NCBI GenBank assembly: GCA_019752595.1
Contig: JAIELV010000001.1
Location: 184,486 to 248,485, forward strand
Reading direction: 5' to 3'
Length of the DNA stretch: 64,000 nucleotides
Source of the DNA: Patescibacteria group bacterium
GTDB taxonomy: Bacteria; Patescibacteriota; Minisyncoccia; Phycocordibacterales; Phycocordibacteraceae
Shown here: piece after piece, positions 9,328 through 17,703 of the stretch
Layout: every line of letters starts with the position of its first letter
Numbering within the stretch: position 1 is the stretch's first letter
Notes under the pieces: model-generated
The model's input: only the letters and a program-made list of their open reading frames with translations
What the model was told of the DNA's origin: nothing
Databases searched by the model: none
Program-made: the position numbers and the translations under genes

Positions 9328-10395
9328 TTAGGGAATGAGCGCGACAGAAACACCGAGAATAGAAAAAATAATCGAAAGAATCCAGTAGCGCATCGTGACT
9401 TTGTATCCAGGCCAGCCGATTGCTTCAAAGTGGTGATGCAGAGGGGCAATCTTGAAAACCTTTTTGCCGTTTCTGAATTTTTTTGAAAGAACTTGAATGA
9501 TGTTTGAGAAAACTGTTGCAACTAAAAGAAATGCAATGATGGGGAGTGCGGTCAGCCCCTTCCCTTCTCCTAATGTGTCTGTCATGAACGCAACGACGGC
9601 AATAGTGAGCGTGAGGCCCATCGAGCCTGTTTCGGTCATCCAGAAGCGTGCGGGAGGAACGTTGAACCACAAGAACGCAAGGATACCGCCTACGAGTGCT
9701 GCGCAGAATGCTGCAAGATTTATTTGTCCTAAACTAAATGCGATAAACGCATACGCAAAAAAGATGCTGGAAAATACTCCGCCCGAAAGTCCGTCAATGC
9801 CGTCAATCACACCCGAGGCGTAGAGAAACAGAGAAACTGCCATGAAGAGCGGAATGATGAGCCACCCTATTTCAAGGTTGGGACCGAATGGATTTGAAAT
9901 TGAAGTGACGTCGAGCTTTTCGTAAAACCACCAACCAATAAAAAGTGAAAGTGTAGCAACAAACGTCAGACGTGTGGACAATGGAATTCCTTTTTCTCCG
10001 CGTGGGTCGGTAACGTCCAGAATGTCGTTAATAAGTCCGACGATGGCGCCAAGAAGAAGTGTGGTGAGTGGGATCCATGTTTGGTCGCGTGTCAGGAAGT
10101 CCAGCTTTGCAGTTACATCACTCGGAGCAAATTGTGCAAGGAGCCAGAGGCCGAACGTGGTGAATGCCACGGATGCCCAAATCAGAATTCCGCCCATGCG
10201 CGGTGTTTTTGTTTCCGTTTCTTCGCGCAGTTTTCCAAAGACAACAGCAGCAGTACCGTCAAACGCGGTTTTTCCTGGCTTTTTCTTCCAGATTTTGTAC
10301 TTGTAGAGGTAGTGCGTGAGAATTGGCGCAAGCGCAATTCCTATCCAAAAAGTGGCAACAGCGGGGATAAAAACTTTCAACAGGTCAAGAATCAT
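9328..10395 (-). CDS. mraY: phospho-N-acetylmuramoyl-pentapeptide transferase
   Basis: Polytopic membrane protein. VIDGIDGLSGG motif of the MraY/WecA GT4 family. Confidence 0.85.
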   Translation of the reverse strand: MILDLLKVFIPAVATFWIGIALAPILTHYLYKYKIWKKKPGKTAFDGTAAVVFGKLREETETKTPRMGGILIWASVAFTTFGLWLLAQFAPSDVTAKLDFLTRDQTWIPLTTLLLGAIVGLINDILDVTDPRGEKGIPLSTRLTFVATLSLFIGWWFYEKLDVTSISNPFGPNLEIGWLIIPLFMAVSLFLYASGVIDGIDGLSGGVFSSIFFAYAFIAFSLGQINLAAFCAALVGGILAFLWFNVPPARFWMTETGSMGLTLTIAVVAFMTDTLGEGKGLTALPIIAFLLVATVFSNIIQVLSKKFRNGKKVFKIAPLHHHFEAIGWPGYKVTMRYWILSIIFSILGVSVALIP

Positions 10396-11317
10396 CCTGA
10401 CATACTAGCATTCTGGTCATCCACTTTTTCACTCCTTCCGCGAGCATTTTCATATCTTCGTCACGCCCTTCCCGCGTCGAACCAAGAACGACTGCGACAA
10501 CAGGCCTTCCTGGAAGTGCCTCAAATACAATGCCTAAATTGCCACCCGCGATGTCTGTAAACCCCGTTTTCGAGCCGAGAGCCCCAGGGAGTGTGGCTAT
10601 AAGAGAAGAAGTATTTTTTCCTAGGTGTGCAGTGCCCGAAAGCGGGTCAAAAGTTTTTTCGCTTTTCGTGGTGGCTTCCAAAAGACGAGGATTATTGCGG
10701 TAGAGGTATTCAAACAGAAGTGTAATGTCTTCTGCAGAACCGTAGGATGCGCCGACAGTTTCTGAAATATCGAGCCCCGTTTCGTTCGCAAAATAGGTTT
10801 GCGCAAGACCCATTGATCGAGCGTTTGTATTCATTGCATCGATAAATGTTTCATAGGTACCCCCATTCTTTTCGATTGATGCAAGAAGAAGCGCGCGGGC
10901 GCCGTCGTTCACTGATGAAAGTAATGTGTAGTCCGCTAGTTCACCTGCGGTCCACACTTCACCTTGTGCAAGGCCGTTCCCTTCTGGGCGCATTGCATCC
11001 GCTGAAATTTTGACCTCATCTTCTAGCCCAAGCGTTTGGAGTGCCGTATAGACGGTCATCAATTTCGTCAACGACGCGAGTGGAAGCTGGGCTGTGGCAT
11101 TTTTCTGATAGATAACTTCGCCAGTCGTGAGGTCCTTCGCATACCCCGCGTTTGCCTGCATATCTACTGAAAGGCTTCTATCTAAGCAGTACGGAGACGC
11201 AAGCGCTGAATACGCTGATGTGGTTGGCTGTGGCCACGCAACAAAAACGATATTCGCAAAAATAAATACGACTCCCGCGAGGATAAGATTCAGGCGTGCG
11301 ATATCGTCTATGTTCAT
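10385..11317 (-). CDS. D-alanyl-D-alanine carboxypeptidase (S11 PBP5/6-like)
   Basis: SxxK (ASLTKLMT), SxN (SSVNDG) and KTG (SKTGFT) motifs. Confidence 0.75.
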   Translation of the reverse strand: MNIDDIARLNLILAGVVFIFANIVFVAWPQPTTSAYSALASPYCLDRSLSVDMQANAGYAKDLTTGEVIYQKNATAQLPLASLTKLMTVYTALQTLGLEDEVKISADAMRPEGNGLAQGEVWTAGELADYTLLSSVNDGARALLLASIEKNGGTYETFIDAMNTNARSMGLAQTYFANETGLDISETVGASYGSAEDITLLFEYLYRNNPRLLEATTKSEKTFDPLSGTAHLGKNTSSLIATLPGALGSKTGFTDIAGGNLGIVFEALPGRPVVAVVLGSTREGRDEDMKMLAEGVKKWMTRMLVCQDDS

Positions 11318-11916
11318 ATAGTTTCAGTATCTGAAGCTTCGCTCATGGCTTCCTTTTTAGCAAGCGCTGATGCCTGTTGATCACGTTCTGTAAATATCGC
11401 CTCTATCTGTGCGCGAGTTTCCGCAAACTGCGGAAGTTCAGAAATTTTTCCGATGCCAAAGTATGCAGGCAATTCCGCTGTTGTCTGGTAGAGGAAACTT
11501 CTTTTGTCGGTAGGGTTTTCTGTTCGTTCAATAAGACCGCGAATCAAGAGCGAACGCAAAATGGAAGAACAGTTTACACCGCGCACGTATTCAATATCCG
11601 CACGGGACAGTGGCCCGCGGAAAATAATAACTGAAAGCGTTTCTAGTCCCGCTTTCCCTAACGGCCCATCGAGCTCTTCGCGGCGCATTTTTTCAATAAG
11701 TTCGTGCGCGGAAGGCGCTGTCGCAAGGGCGAAGGTGTTCCCGTCTCGAACAACGCGTACTCCCCTTCCTTCTAGCGATGCGGAGAGTGATTCTGCATAC
11801 GTTAATACTTCTTCTTCCGAAACTGAAAGCGCTGATGCGAGTTCTTTTACAGAAACAGCACCTCCTTTATAAAAGAGTATTGCTTCAATTTGATTTTCGA
11901 GAGGTTCTTTTGGCAT
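11314..11916 (-). CDS. scpB: segregation and condensation protein B
   Basis: N-terminal IEAILFYKGGAVSVKELAS winged-helix pattern typical of ScpB. 4-nt overlap with the neighbour. Confidence 0.8.
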   Translation of the reverse strand: MPKEPLENQIEAILFYKGGAVSVKELASALSVSEEEVLTYAESLSASLEGRGVRVVRDGNTFALATAPSAHELIEKMRREELDGPLGKAGLETLSVIIFRGPLSRADIEYVRGVNCSSILRSLLIRGLIERTENPTDKRSFLYQTTAELPAYFGIGKISELPQFAETRAQIEAIFTERDQQASALAKKEAMSEASDTETI

Positions 11917-11919
11917 AGA

Positions 11920-12645
11920 TTAATCGTAGCGAGGCGCGCCCACACTGCCAGCGTAGTTCATGCGGATATCCGCAAAATCCCGCTCCTGCTCCACAAGAAG
12001 CATTCCGCGCTTCACGAGCTCAAGCATAGCAAGAAAACTAACCACTACTTCGCGCTTATCAGACGCTGAGCCAGCAAAGGTACTAAAACTCATATGTATT
12101 GCTTTTTGTATGCGCTCCGACAAACGATCAATCATGTCTTCAAGCGACATAACAGATTTCACATTTACTTCTGCGAGTTTTGTTTCTTTGGGCGCATTTG
12201 CCAACACGCGATTCACTGCATCTTGAATTGAATTCAAGGAAAGATCTTTTGATGGCATGAACACAGGGTCTTCAATCTTCGCGCCTGAACCGAAAAACAT
12301 ACGCGCGGTTCCATTCGGGAACAGTTTTGCCGCAGCCCTGACGATTTGATATACGGCCAATCTGAATTCTAAATCTTTCACGTCCCCTTCCTCCTCGTCC
12401 GAGAGGGTCAACACGGGAAGGAGTGAGCGAGACTTAAGAAGAAGGAGTGTAGCGGATACGTAGACGAAATTCGCTGCCTGTCCCAACGGGAACGTACCCT
12501 GGGTCTGAATGAACTTCAAAAAATCGTCGGCCACGGAAGTGATAGAAACGTCGTTGATGAGCATTTTCCGCTCCTCAATGAGGCTCAACAAGAGGTCCAG
12601 CGGGCCCTCAAAATCCCGTACTTTTACCGAAAAAGCGGTATTCAT
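11920..12645 (-). CDS. scpA: segregation and condensation protein A
   Basis: FEGPLDLLLSLIEERKMLINDVSITSVADDF kleisin N-terminus, 241 aa. Confidence 0.8.
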   Translation of the reverse strand: MNTAFSVKVRDFEGPLDLLLSLIEERKMLINDVSITSVADDFLKFIQTQGTFPLGQAANFVYVSATLLLLKSRSLLPVLTLSDEEEGDVKDLEFRLAVYQIVRAAAKLFPNGTARMFFGSGAKIEDPVFMPSKDLSLNSIQDAVNRVLANAPKETKLAEVNVKSVMSLEDMIDRLSERIQKAIHMSFSTFAGSASDKREVVVSFLAMLELVKRGMLLVEQERDFADIRMNYAGSVGAPRYD

Positions 12646-12725
12646 TTCCTGTAACTATACCGTAAATTCAGCATGGTACGCCGATACTTGACGTGTTGGT
12701 TTTCTGGGTGTACTTTCCATTCACT

Positions 12726-12962
12726 ATGTCGACTCCATTGGAAAAGCTCTCTCAGGCTCGTGAAAGATTACAAGTAGCTCTTTTGTTGGGGAAGGTTGTG
12801 CAGTCGGCAACAAAAGCAGAAGTGGAACCATACGTACCAGGAGAACCTACCCATACTGGTCACAAAAGAATCATTAGTCGCTTCACTAAGACAGCGCGTG
12901 AGCTTGTATTGAGTGTACCTGATTTGTTGGACACTGAAGGTAAAACCGCTCGCAGAAAATAG
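12726..12962 (+). CDS. hypothetical small protein (start at second Met)
   Basis: ORF only. Confidence 0.25.
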   Translation: MSTPLEKLSQARERLQVALLLGKVVQSATKAEVEPYVPGEPTHTGHKRIISRFTKTARELVLSVPDLLDTEGKTARRK

Positions 12963-12978
12963 AATCTGTTTTTTTGCA

Positions 12979-13006
12979 TTGACAAGTTTTTTGTACAATG
13001 TATTTT
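12979..13006 (+). promoter_or_regulatory. sigma70-like promoter TTGACA-16-(TG)TATTTT
   Basis: Perfect -35, extended -10. TSS predicted near 13013. Confidence 0.35.
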
Positions 13007-13012
13007 GATTGT

Positions 13013-13102
13013 ATGTCCGCACACACGGCATCACAGACGTCCAAAGGATTCGTCCTTGGTCTTATCGTCATCCTCTCCACCGAGGGGGTTTGTGATGTGT
13101 AG
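13013..13102 (+). CDS. 29-codon mini-ORF MSAHTASQTSKGFVLGLIVILSTEGVCDV (possibly leaderless), or a non-coding sRNA
   Basis: ATG sits at the predicted TSS. Hydrophobic core. Followed by a terminator. Confidence 0.25.
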   Translation: MSAHTASQTSKGFVLGLIVILSTEGVCDV

Positions 13103-13131
13103 GCAGACAGAAATATAAAGCCTCAAACACA

Positions 13132-13167
13132 ATCCAGCCCTCTCAAAAAGAGGGCTGGATTTTTTTG
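13132..13167 (+). terminator. rho-independent terminator
   Basis: 12-bp GC-rich stem ATCCAGCCCTCT/AGAGGGCTGGAT, 5-nt loop, then TTTTTTT. Confidence 0.7.
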
Positions 13168-13418
13168 TCGCTTAGGTCGAACATTTAACAGACAAAAAAT
13201 TTCTCTATGCAATCAATGAAAAAGCCTGAAAGTATGCGTGGGTTATCCCTATGGCTGACCCCAAATGCACGCTATATACCCCACCCAGATGGCAAACGAC
13301 CAGCACGACGTTTTGAGCCTACCGAAAGAGCGTTAACTGACTGTGTTCACAATCCCCCAGGATACGGGTGGTGTCACAACTGTTTTCCTAAAACTTGTTA
13401 ACTAATTAATACAAAAAC

Positions 13419-13571
13419 ATGGACGGAATATTAGAAAAAAGAGGACGTGGCGACAGAAGCGCGCGAGCCTGTATGCGCTGCGGGCATGTATGCAGTCGCG
13501 GTTTTTGCGACTGTAAGCAGAGGCGCCAAGGAAGCCATAACTGCGGGTGCGGAGGGTGCCCTAAACACTAA
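13419..13571 (+). CDS. Cys-rich small protein (50 aa, 10 Cys; under the ORF-track length cutoff)
   Basis: MDGILEKRGRGDRSARACMRCGHVCSRGFCDCKQRRQGSHNCGCGGCPKH; intact ATG..TAA. Confidence 0.3.
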   Translation: MDGILEKRGRGDRSARACMRCGHVCSRGFCDCKQRRQGSHNCGCGGCPKH

Positions 13572-13636
13572 GTAAAATGTTCAATACTTCGTATAGCACA
13601 TTTTTGAATCGCACGGTGATGCGGTAAAATGATCGC

Positions 13637-15016
13637 ATGAAAATAGAATTCACCGCCCCCAAGAACGCGACTCAGGTAGACCTCATCGCAGGAGATCAGA
13701 CAAAAATCGTTGAAGACCAAAAAGGCACCGCGATTATCAAGATAGCTGTCGGTAAAGCTGATGACGTAACGCGTCGCAAGCTCATTCCCCTCGCCCGAAA
13801 AGCAGTCCGTTTAGCGAAGGACTACAAATTGAAAGTACTTTCTGTTTCTTTCAAAGACTTTCAGTTCAGAAAGGCAGAGATTGACGATTATCGTTTGGGC
13901 AGGCTTTTGGCAGAAGCGTTTGAAATGGCGAACTACGAGTTCACCAAATACAAAACTCCACCGAAAGAAGGCTTTGCCAAAGTGGAAACAATCTACGTCA
14001 CTGACGCTACGGAGGACGCAAAACGCGGGTTTAAGGACGGCTTGGTGATTGCCGAGGAAATTAATTATGCACGCGATCTTGCCAACACTCCTGGTGGCGA
14101 CATGACGCCCACTGTTCTTGCAAACGCTGCTATCAAACAGTTGAAAGGCACCAAAGCGATGGTGACTGTCTTGGACACTGCGCAGATAAAGAAATTGAAA
14201 ATGGGCATGATGCTCGCGGTTGATAAAGGTTCTGCGGAACCGTGTAAGTTCATCATTGCGGAATACTGGGGTGCAGGAAAAGGTAAAGAAGATCCGATTG
14301 TGCTCGTTGGCAAAGGAATTACATTCGATACAGGTGGTGTGAATTTGAAACCATCAAACTCAATGGTGGGAATGAATCAAGATATGTCGGGTGGTTCAGC
14401 AGTGATTGCTTCAATTGCGATTGCCGCAAAGCTTGGCATCAAGAGAAATGTGGTAGCACTTGTGCCTGCAGTTGAAAATGCAATTTCAGGTTCAGCCACA
14501 CTTCCAGGCGACATTGTGACCGCGATGAACGGGAAAACTGTTGAGATTTTGAATACTGATGCTGAAGGACGATTGGTTCTTGGTGATGCGTTTACGTATG
14601 CAGAGCGCTACTCCCCTCGCCTGGTGATTGACGTAGCGACGCTCACAGGCGCAGCGCTCGTAGCGCTTGGAAAACGCGCTTCGGCGTTGATGACGAACGA
14701 TAGAAAGGTGGAAGACACACTTAGGGATTTGGGTGAACGCTCAGGTGATTACGTGTGGCCGTTTCCTTTGTGGGATGAATTCAAAGCAGACATGAAAGGA
14801 ATAAGTGCTGATTATGCAAACATTCAGCCAGGCGACAAAGGTGGTGGCGGTGTGATTTTGGGAGGAACGTTCCTTTCGTTTTTTGCAGAAAAATTTCCAC
14901 GATGGGCACATTTGGATATTGCGCCTCGCATGGAATCAATTCCTGAAGATAATTTGGCCAAAGGCAATACGGGAGCACCCATTCGCCTCTTGGTTCGCGC
15001 GATTGAGACTTTTTAA
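13637..15016 (+). CDS. pepA: leucyl aminopeptidase (M17)
   Basis: NTDAEGRLVLGDA M17 signature, 459 aa. Confidence 0.9.
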   Translation: MKIEFTAPKNATQVDLIAGDQTKIVEDQKGTAIIKIAVGKADDVTRRKLIPLARKAVRLAKDYKLKVLSVSFKDFQFRKAEIDDYRLGRLLAEAFEMANYEFTKYKTPPKEGFAKVETIYVTDATEDAKRGFKDGLVIAEEINYARDLANTPGGDMTPTVLANAAIKQLKGTKAMVTVLDTAQIKKLKMGMMLAVDKGSAEPCKFIIAEYWGAGKGKEDPIVLVGKGITFDTGGVNLKPSNSMVGMNQDMSGGSAVIASIAIAAKLGIKRNVVALVPAVENAISGSATLPGDIVTAMNGKTVEILNTDAEGRLVLGDAFTYAERYSPRLVIDVATLTGAALVALGKRASALMTNDRKVEDTLRDLGERSGDYVWPFPLWDEFKADMKGISADYANIQPGDKGGGGVILGGTFLSFFAEKFPRWAHLDIAPRMESIPEDNLAKGNTGAPIRLLVRAIETF

Positions 15017-15024
15017 TTTGAATT

Positions 15025-15243
15025 ATGGATAGACGCGAACTGCGACGGCGGGCAGGTTTTCGATGGCCCCAAAATGCCACGATGTATTCAGAGGTACGAA
15101 TACATTTCAAAGACGGCAGAGAAGCAATGGTCGGTGTTTTAACGGGTACAGCAGACGTAGTGCAGTTAAACCGTGAGCACACCTTTACGCACGAAGAAAT
15201 CGCCTCAATTGACGTCATAAAACCCCACGAAGAAATTTTGTAA
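15025..15243 (+). CDS. hypothetical small protein (72 aa)
   Basis: ORF only. Confidence 0.3.
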   Translation: MDRRELRRRAGFRWPQNATMYSEVRIHFKDGREAMVGVLTGTADVVQLNREHTFTHEEIASIDVIKPHEEIL

Positions 15244-15286
15244 TCGGTCCTTGTGTCCTGGGCGTCTCTGCCTATAATGCGAAGAT

Positions 15287-15544
15287 ATGGCAGAAGCAAA
15301 GGTAGGCGCTACGCCCGCCCTTAACCCACAAGGAGAAGTTTTAGCCTCTATGGCGCGACAGAATTTGGACCGTGGTAGCCGCGTGTGGCTTGTATTAAAA
15401 GAGATCTACCTTGGCAGAGAAATTCACCCAGGCACTATCGGTGAATATAAAGATGCACAGAACCTGCATATCACAACGGAAGAAGGCGCTGATTTACCCA
15501 TTCCGTGGTCAAAAATTCATCACGTTGAATCGCGCGCTGATTAA
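15287..15544 (+). CDS. hypothetical small protein (85 aa)
   Basis: ORF only. Confidence 0.3.
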   Translation: MAEAKVGATPALNPQGEVLASMARQNLDRGSRVWLVLKEIYLGREIHPGTIGEYKDAQNLHITTEEGADLPIPWSKIHHVESRAD

Positions 15545-15549
15545 GCGCG

Positions 15550-16971
15550 TTACTGTTTTTTCTTGAGTTCCAACCCCAGCTCATTGAGCTGTTTTTTTGT
15601 GAGTTCCTTTGGAGCTTTCATTACGGATGTCTGGCCACCTCGTGTCATCGGAAACGCCTGTACTTCACGAAGTTGAGTTTCGTTTGCCAAAGTCATTGCA
15701 ATTCTTTCCACTCCGATAGCAATACCACCGTGCGGAGGAGCGCCGTATTTGAATGCCTCGAGCATGTGCCCCACTTTTTCTTGCGTCTCATCATCGGTGT
15801 TGCCCATTACTCGGTATGTGGCTTTCAGAATTTCAGGGTCATGCGCGCGGATAGAACCGCCACCAGTTTCAAAGCCGTTGCAGACCAAGTCGTACTGCGT
15901 GGTCAAAATGTCGCCGATGTTCTCCCCTTTCAGCAAAGATTCCACATGTTCAGGAATCGGCATGGAGAACGGGTTGTGCGTAAACGTCCACTCCCCCTTC
16001 GCCTGCCCTGAGTTTGTCGAAGGGTCTGTTTTCTCGAAGAATGGGAAATTCACGACCCATGCAAACGCAAGAACGCCGTTTGCTTTGTCTTCCTCTGTTC
16101 GCATGTCGAATTTGTCTGCGCCGTATTTTGCCATAGCGTCCTTGTAACTGATTCTTGGGAAGGGCTTTTCTTTTATCTTGTAGCCGAGCTTTTCTACGGA
16201 TTGCGTTATCATCGCTTCCACGGTGCTCATGACGTCCTCCATTTCAACGAACGACATTTCCAAGTCTATCTGCGTGTGTTCAAAGCCACGGTCTGCACGA
16301 AGGTCTTCGTCGCGGATAGCGCGAGCAATCTGGAAGTAGCGTTCCATGCCGCCGACCATCAAGAGTTGTTTGTACTGCTGGGGCGATTGTGGAAGTGCGT
16401 AAAACTTTCCTGGGTTCAGGCGTGACGGCACTACGAAGTCGCGAGAGCCTTCGGGAGTAGATTCAGTAAGAAGTGGAGTTTCAATTTCGACGAAACCCTC
16501 TTTGAAAAGAAATTCACGTGCGTTCTGGATAAAGGCAGAACGCGTGCGGATGTTTTTTTGCATTCTTTCCGAGCGGAGGTCGAGGTAGCGGTACTTGAGG
16601 CGAGCGTCTTCGTCGATTCCTGATGTATCAGCCGAGATATCAAACGGCGGAGTTTCAGATTTTGAAATGAGAGTGATTTTTGAAATTTGCATCTCAATGT
16701 CTCCGTTCTGCATGTTCGGGTTTACGTTTTTCTCTGGGCGTTTTACCACGGTGCCTGTAAATGCCACCACCCATTCAGGGCGTATTTCTTTGAGTTCAAA
16801 CGCGCCCTCCACCTGTACGTCCTGCATCGCAACACACTGAATCTTCCCGCTTCTGTCGCGAAGGTTCAGGAATGACATTTTTGACTGATGGCGGACTACG
16901 TCTACCCAGCCTTTAATAGTCACCGACTCGTCAATGTGGTTTTTCAGGTCTCCTATGAGGGTTCTAGTCAT
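15550..16971 (-). CDS. aspS: aspartate--tRNA ligase, short archaeal/eukaryal-type (no GAD insertion)
   Basis: N-terminal OB fold, class II motifs FEHTQIDLEMSF and GGGSIRAHDPE, 473 aa. Confidence 0.8.
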   Translation of the reverse strand: MTRTLIGDLKNHIDESVTIKGWVDVVRHQSKMSFLNLRDRSGKIQCVAMQDVQVEGAFELKEIRPEWVVAFTGTVVKRPEKNVNPNMQNGDIEMQISKITLISKSETPPFDISADTSGIDEDARLKYRYLDLRSERMQKNIRTRSAFIQNAREFLFKEGFVEIETPLLTESTPEGSRDFVVPSRLNPGKFYALPQSPQQYKQLLMVGGMERYFQIARAIRDEDLRADRGFEHTQIDLEMSFVEMEDVMSTVEAMITQSVEKLGYKIKEKPFPRISYKDAMAKYGADKFDMRTEEDKANGVLAFAWVVNFPFFEKTDPSTNSGQAKGEWTFTHNPFSMPIPEHVESLLKGENIGDILTTQYDLVCNGFETGGGSIRAHDPEILKATYRVMGNTDDETQEKVGHMLEAFKYGAPPHGGIAIGVERIAMTLANETQLREVQAFPMTRGGQTSVMKAPKELTKKQLNELGLELKKKQ

Positions 16972-17078
16972 AAAAAATACTTTATCACGAATACATTTCT
17001 TCTTCCTCTACATTCCTCTACAGATTCCTGGTAGCGCTACATGACTAACTCAATAAATATATATGAGTAAAACTCTAT

Positions 17079-17112
17079 GAATAACTGATATGATATATCA
17101 TATCAGTTATTC
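17079..17112. promoter_or_regulatory. 34-nt perfect palindrome GAATAACTGATATGATATATCATATCAGTTATTC (putative operator)
   Basis: Self-complementary. Lies between the TrpR-like gene's 3' end and the aspS 5' region. Confidence 0.5.
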
Positions 17113-17135
17113 ACGAAGCTTGACCCCTGACTTCT

Positions 17136-17534
17136 TTAGGGGAAAAGGAGGAAATGGAGAGGATATTTTTTCTTTAATCCTTTGTATAGGTTTTTTGCAC
17201 TCAAAGGGTCTTTGCGTGAAGCAAATTCTTTCTCCAAGCCTTGAATAGCGTTTTCATATCCTGGCATTTGGTCTGATAGCCACTTCTGTACGCGCGCAAT
17301 GGTGTCAAAACCTACACCCAATCTTTTGCTTATCTCGCGCGTTTTCTCGCCCTGAATCAAAAGGCGGGCAATGATAATTCTGCGTCCGAGCATCACGCGC
17401 TCGCTTTCTGTAAGCAGGTCGCGCAGGAAGTTCTTGACCGCGCCTTTCCCCTGCACCGAAGCGGCAGCCGTGTACAAACTGTCGAGAAGCACCATTCGCT
17501 CCTTCTCTCCTAAATCTTTCAGTTTTACTTTCAT
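17136..17534 (-). CDS. TrpR-like YerC/YecD-family DNA-binding protein (paralog 1)
   Basis: FLRDLLTESERVMLGRRIIIARLLIQGEKTREISKRLGV...RVQKWL matches the Trp_repressor/YerC family. Start set at MKVKL by alignment with paralog 2. Confidence 0.65.
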   Translation of the reverse strand: MKVKLKDLGEKERMVLLDSLYTAAASVQGKGAVKNFLRDLLTESERVMLGRRIIIARLLIQGEKTREISKRLGVGFDTIARVQKWLSDQMPGYENAIQGLEKEFASRKDPLSAKNLYKGLKKKYPLHFLLFP

Positions 17535-17578
17535 AAAAAGTGAATATACATAATATGAACCAATATACATACAGCTAC

Positions 17579-17606
17579 TAACTGATATGATATATCATAT
17601 CAGTTA
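17579..17606. promoter_or_regulatory. 28-nt perfect palindrome TAACTGATATGATATATCATATCAGTTA (same core as 17079..17112)
   Basis: In the upstream region of the TrpR-like gene, between it and the trpS stop. Confidence 0.5.
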
Positions 17607-17703
17607 TTGAGTGTATAAGAACCATCTAAGAGGTGGAGGTGGGGATTCTGAAAATAGACCTAAAAATAAATCCAAAAATAAATCTAAGAAAGATTATAGC
17701 GGG

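Noticed and set aside
17079-17606. Palindromes flanking the TrpR-like gene as terminal inverted repeats of a mobile element (same idea for 46742..47231)
   Set aside because: Each element is individually self-complementary (an operator-like palindrome) rather than a left/right IR pair. There is no transposase or integrase and no target-site duplication.
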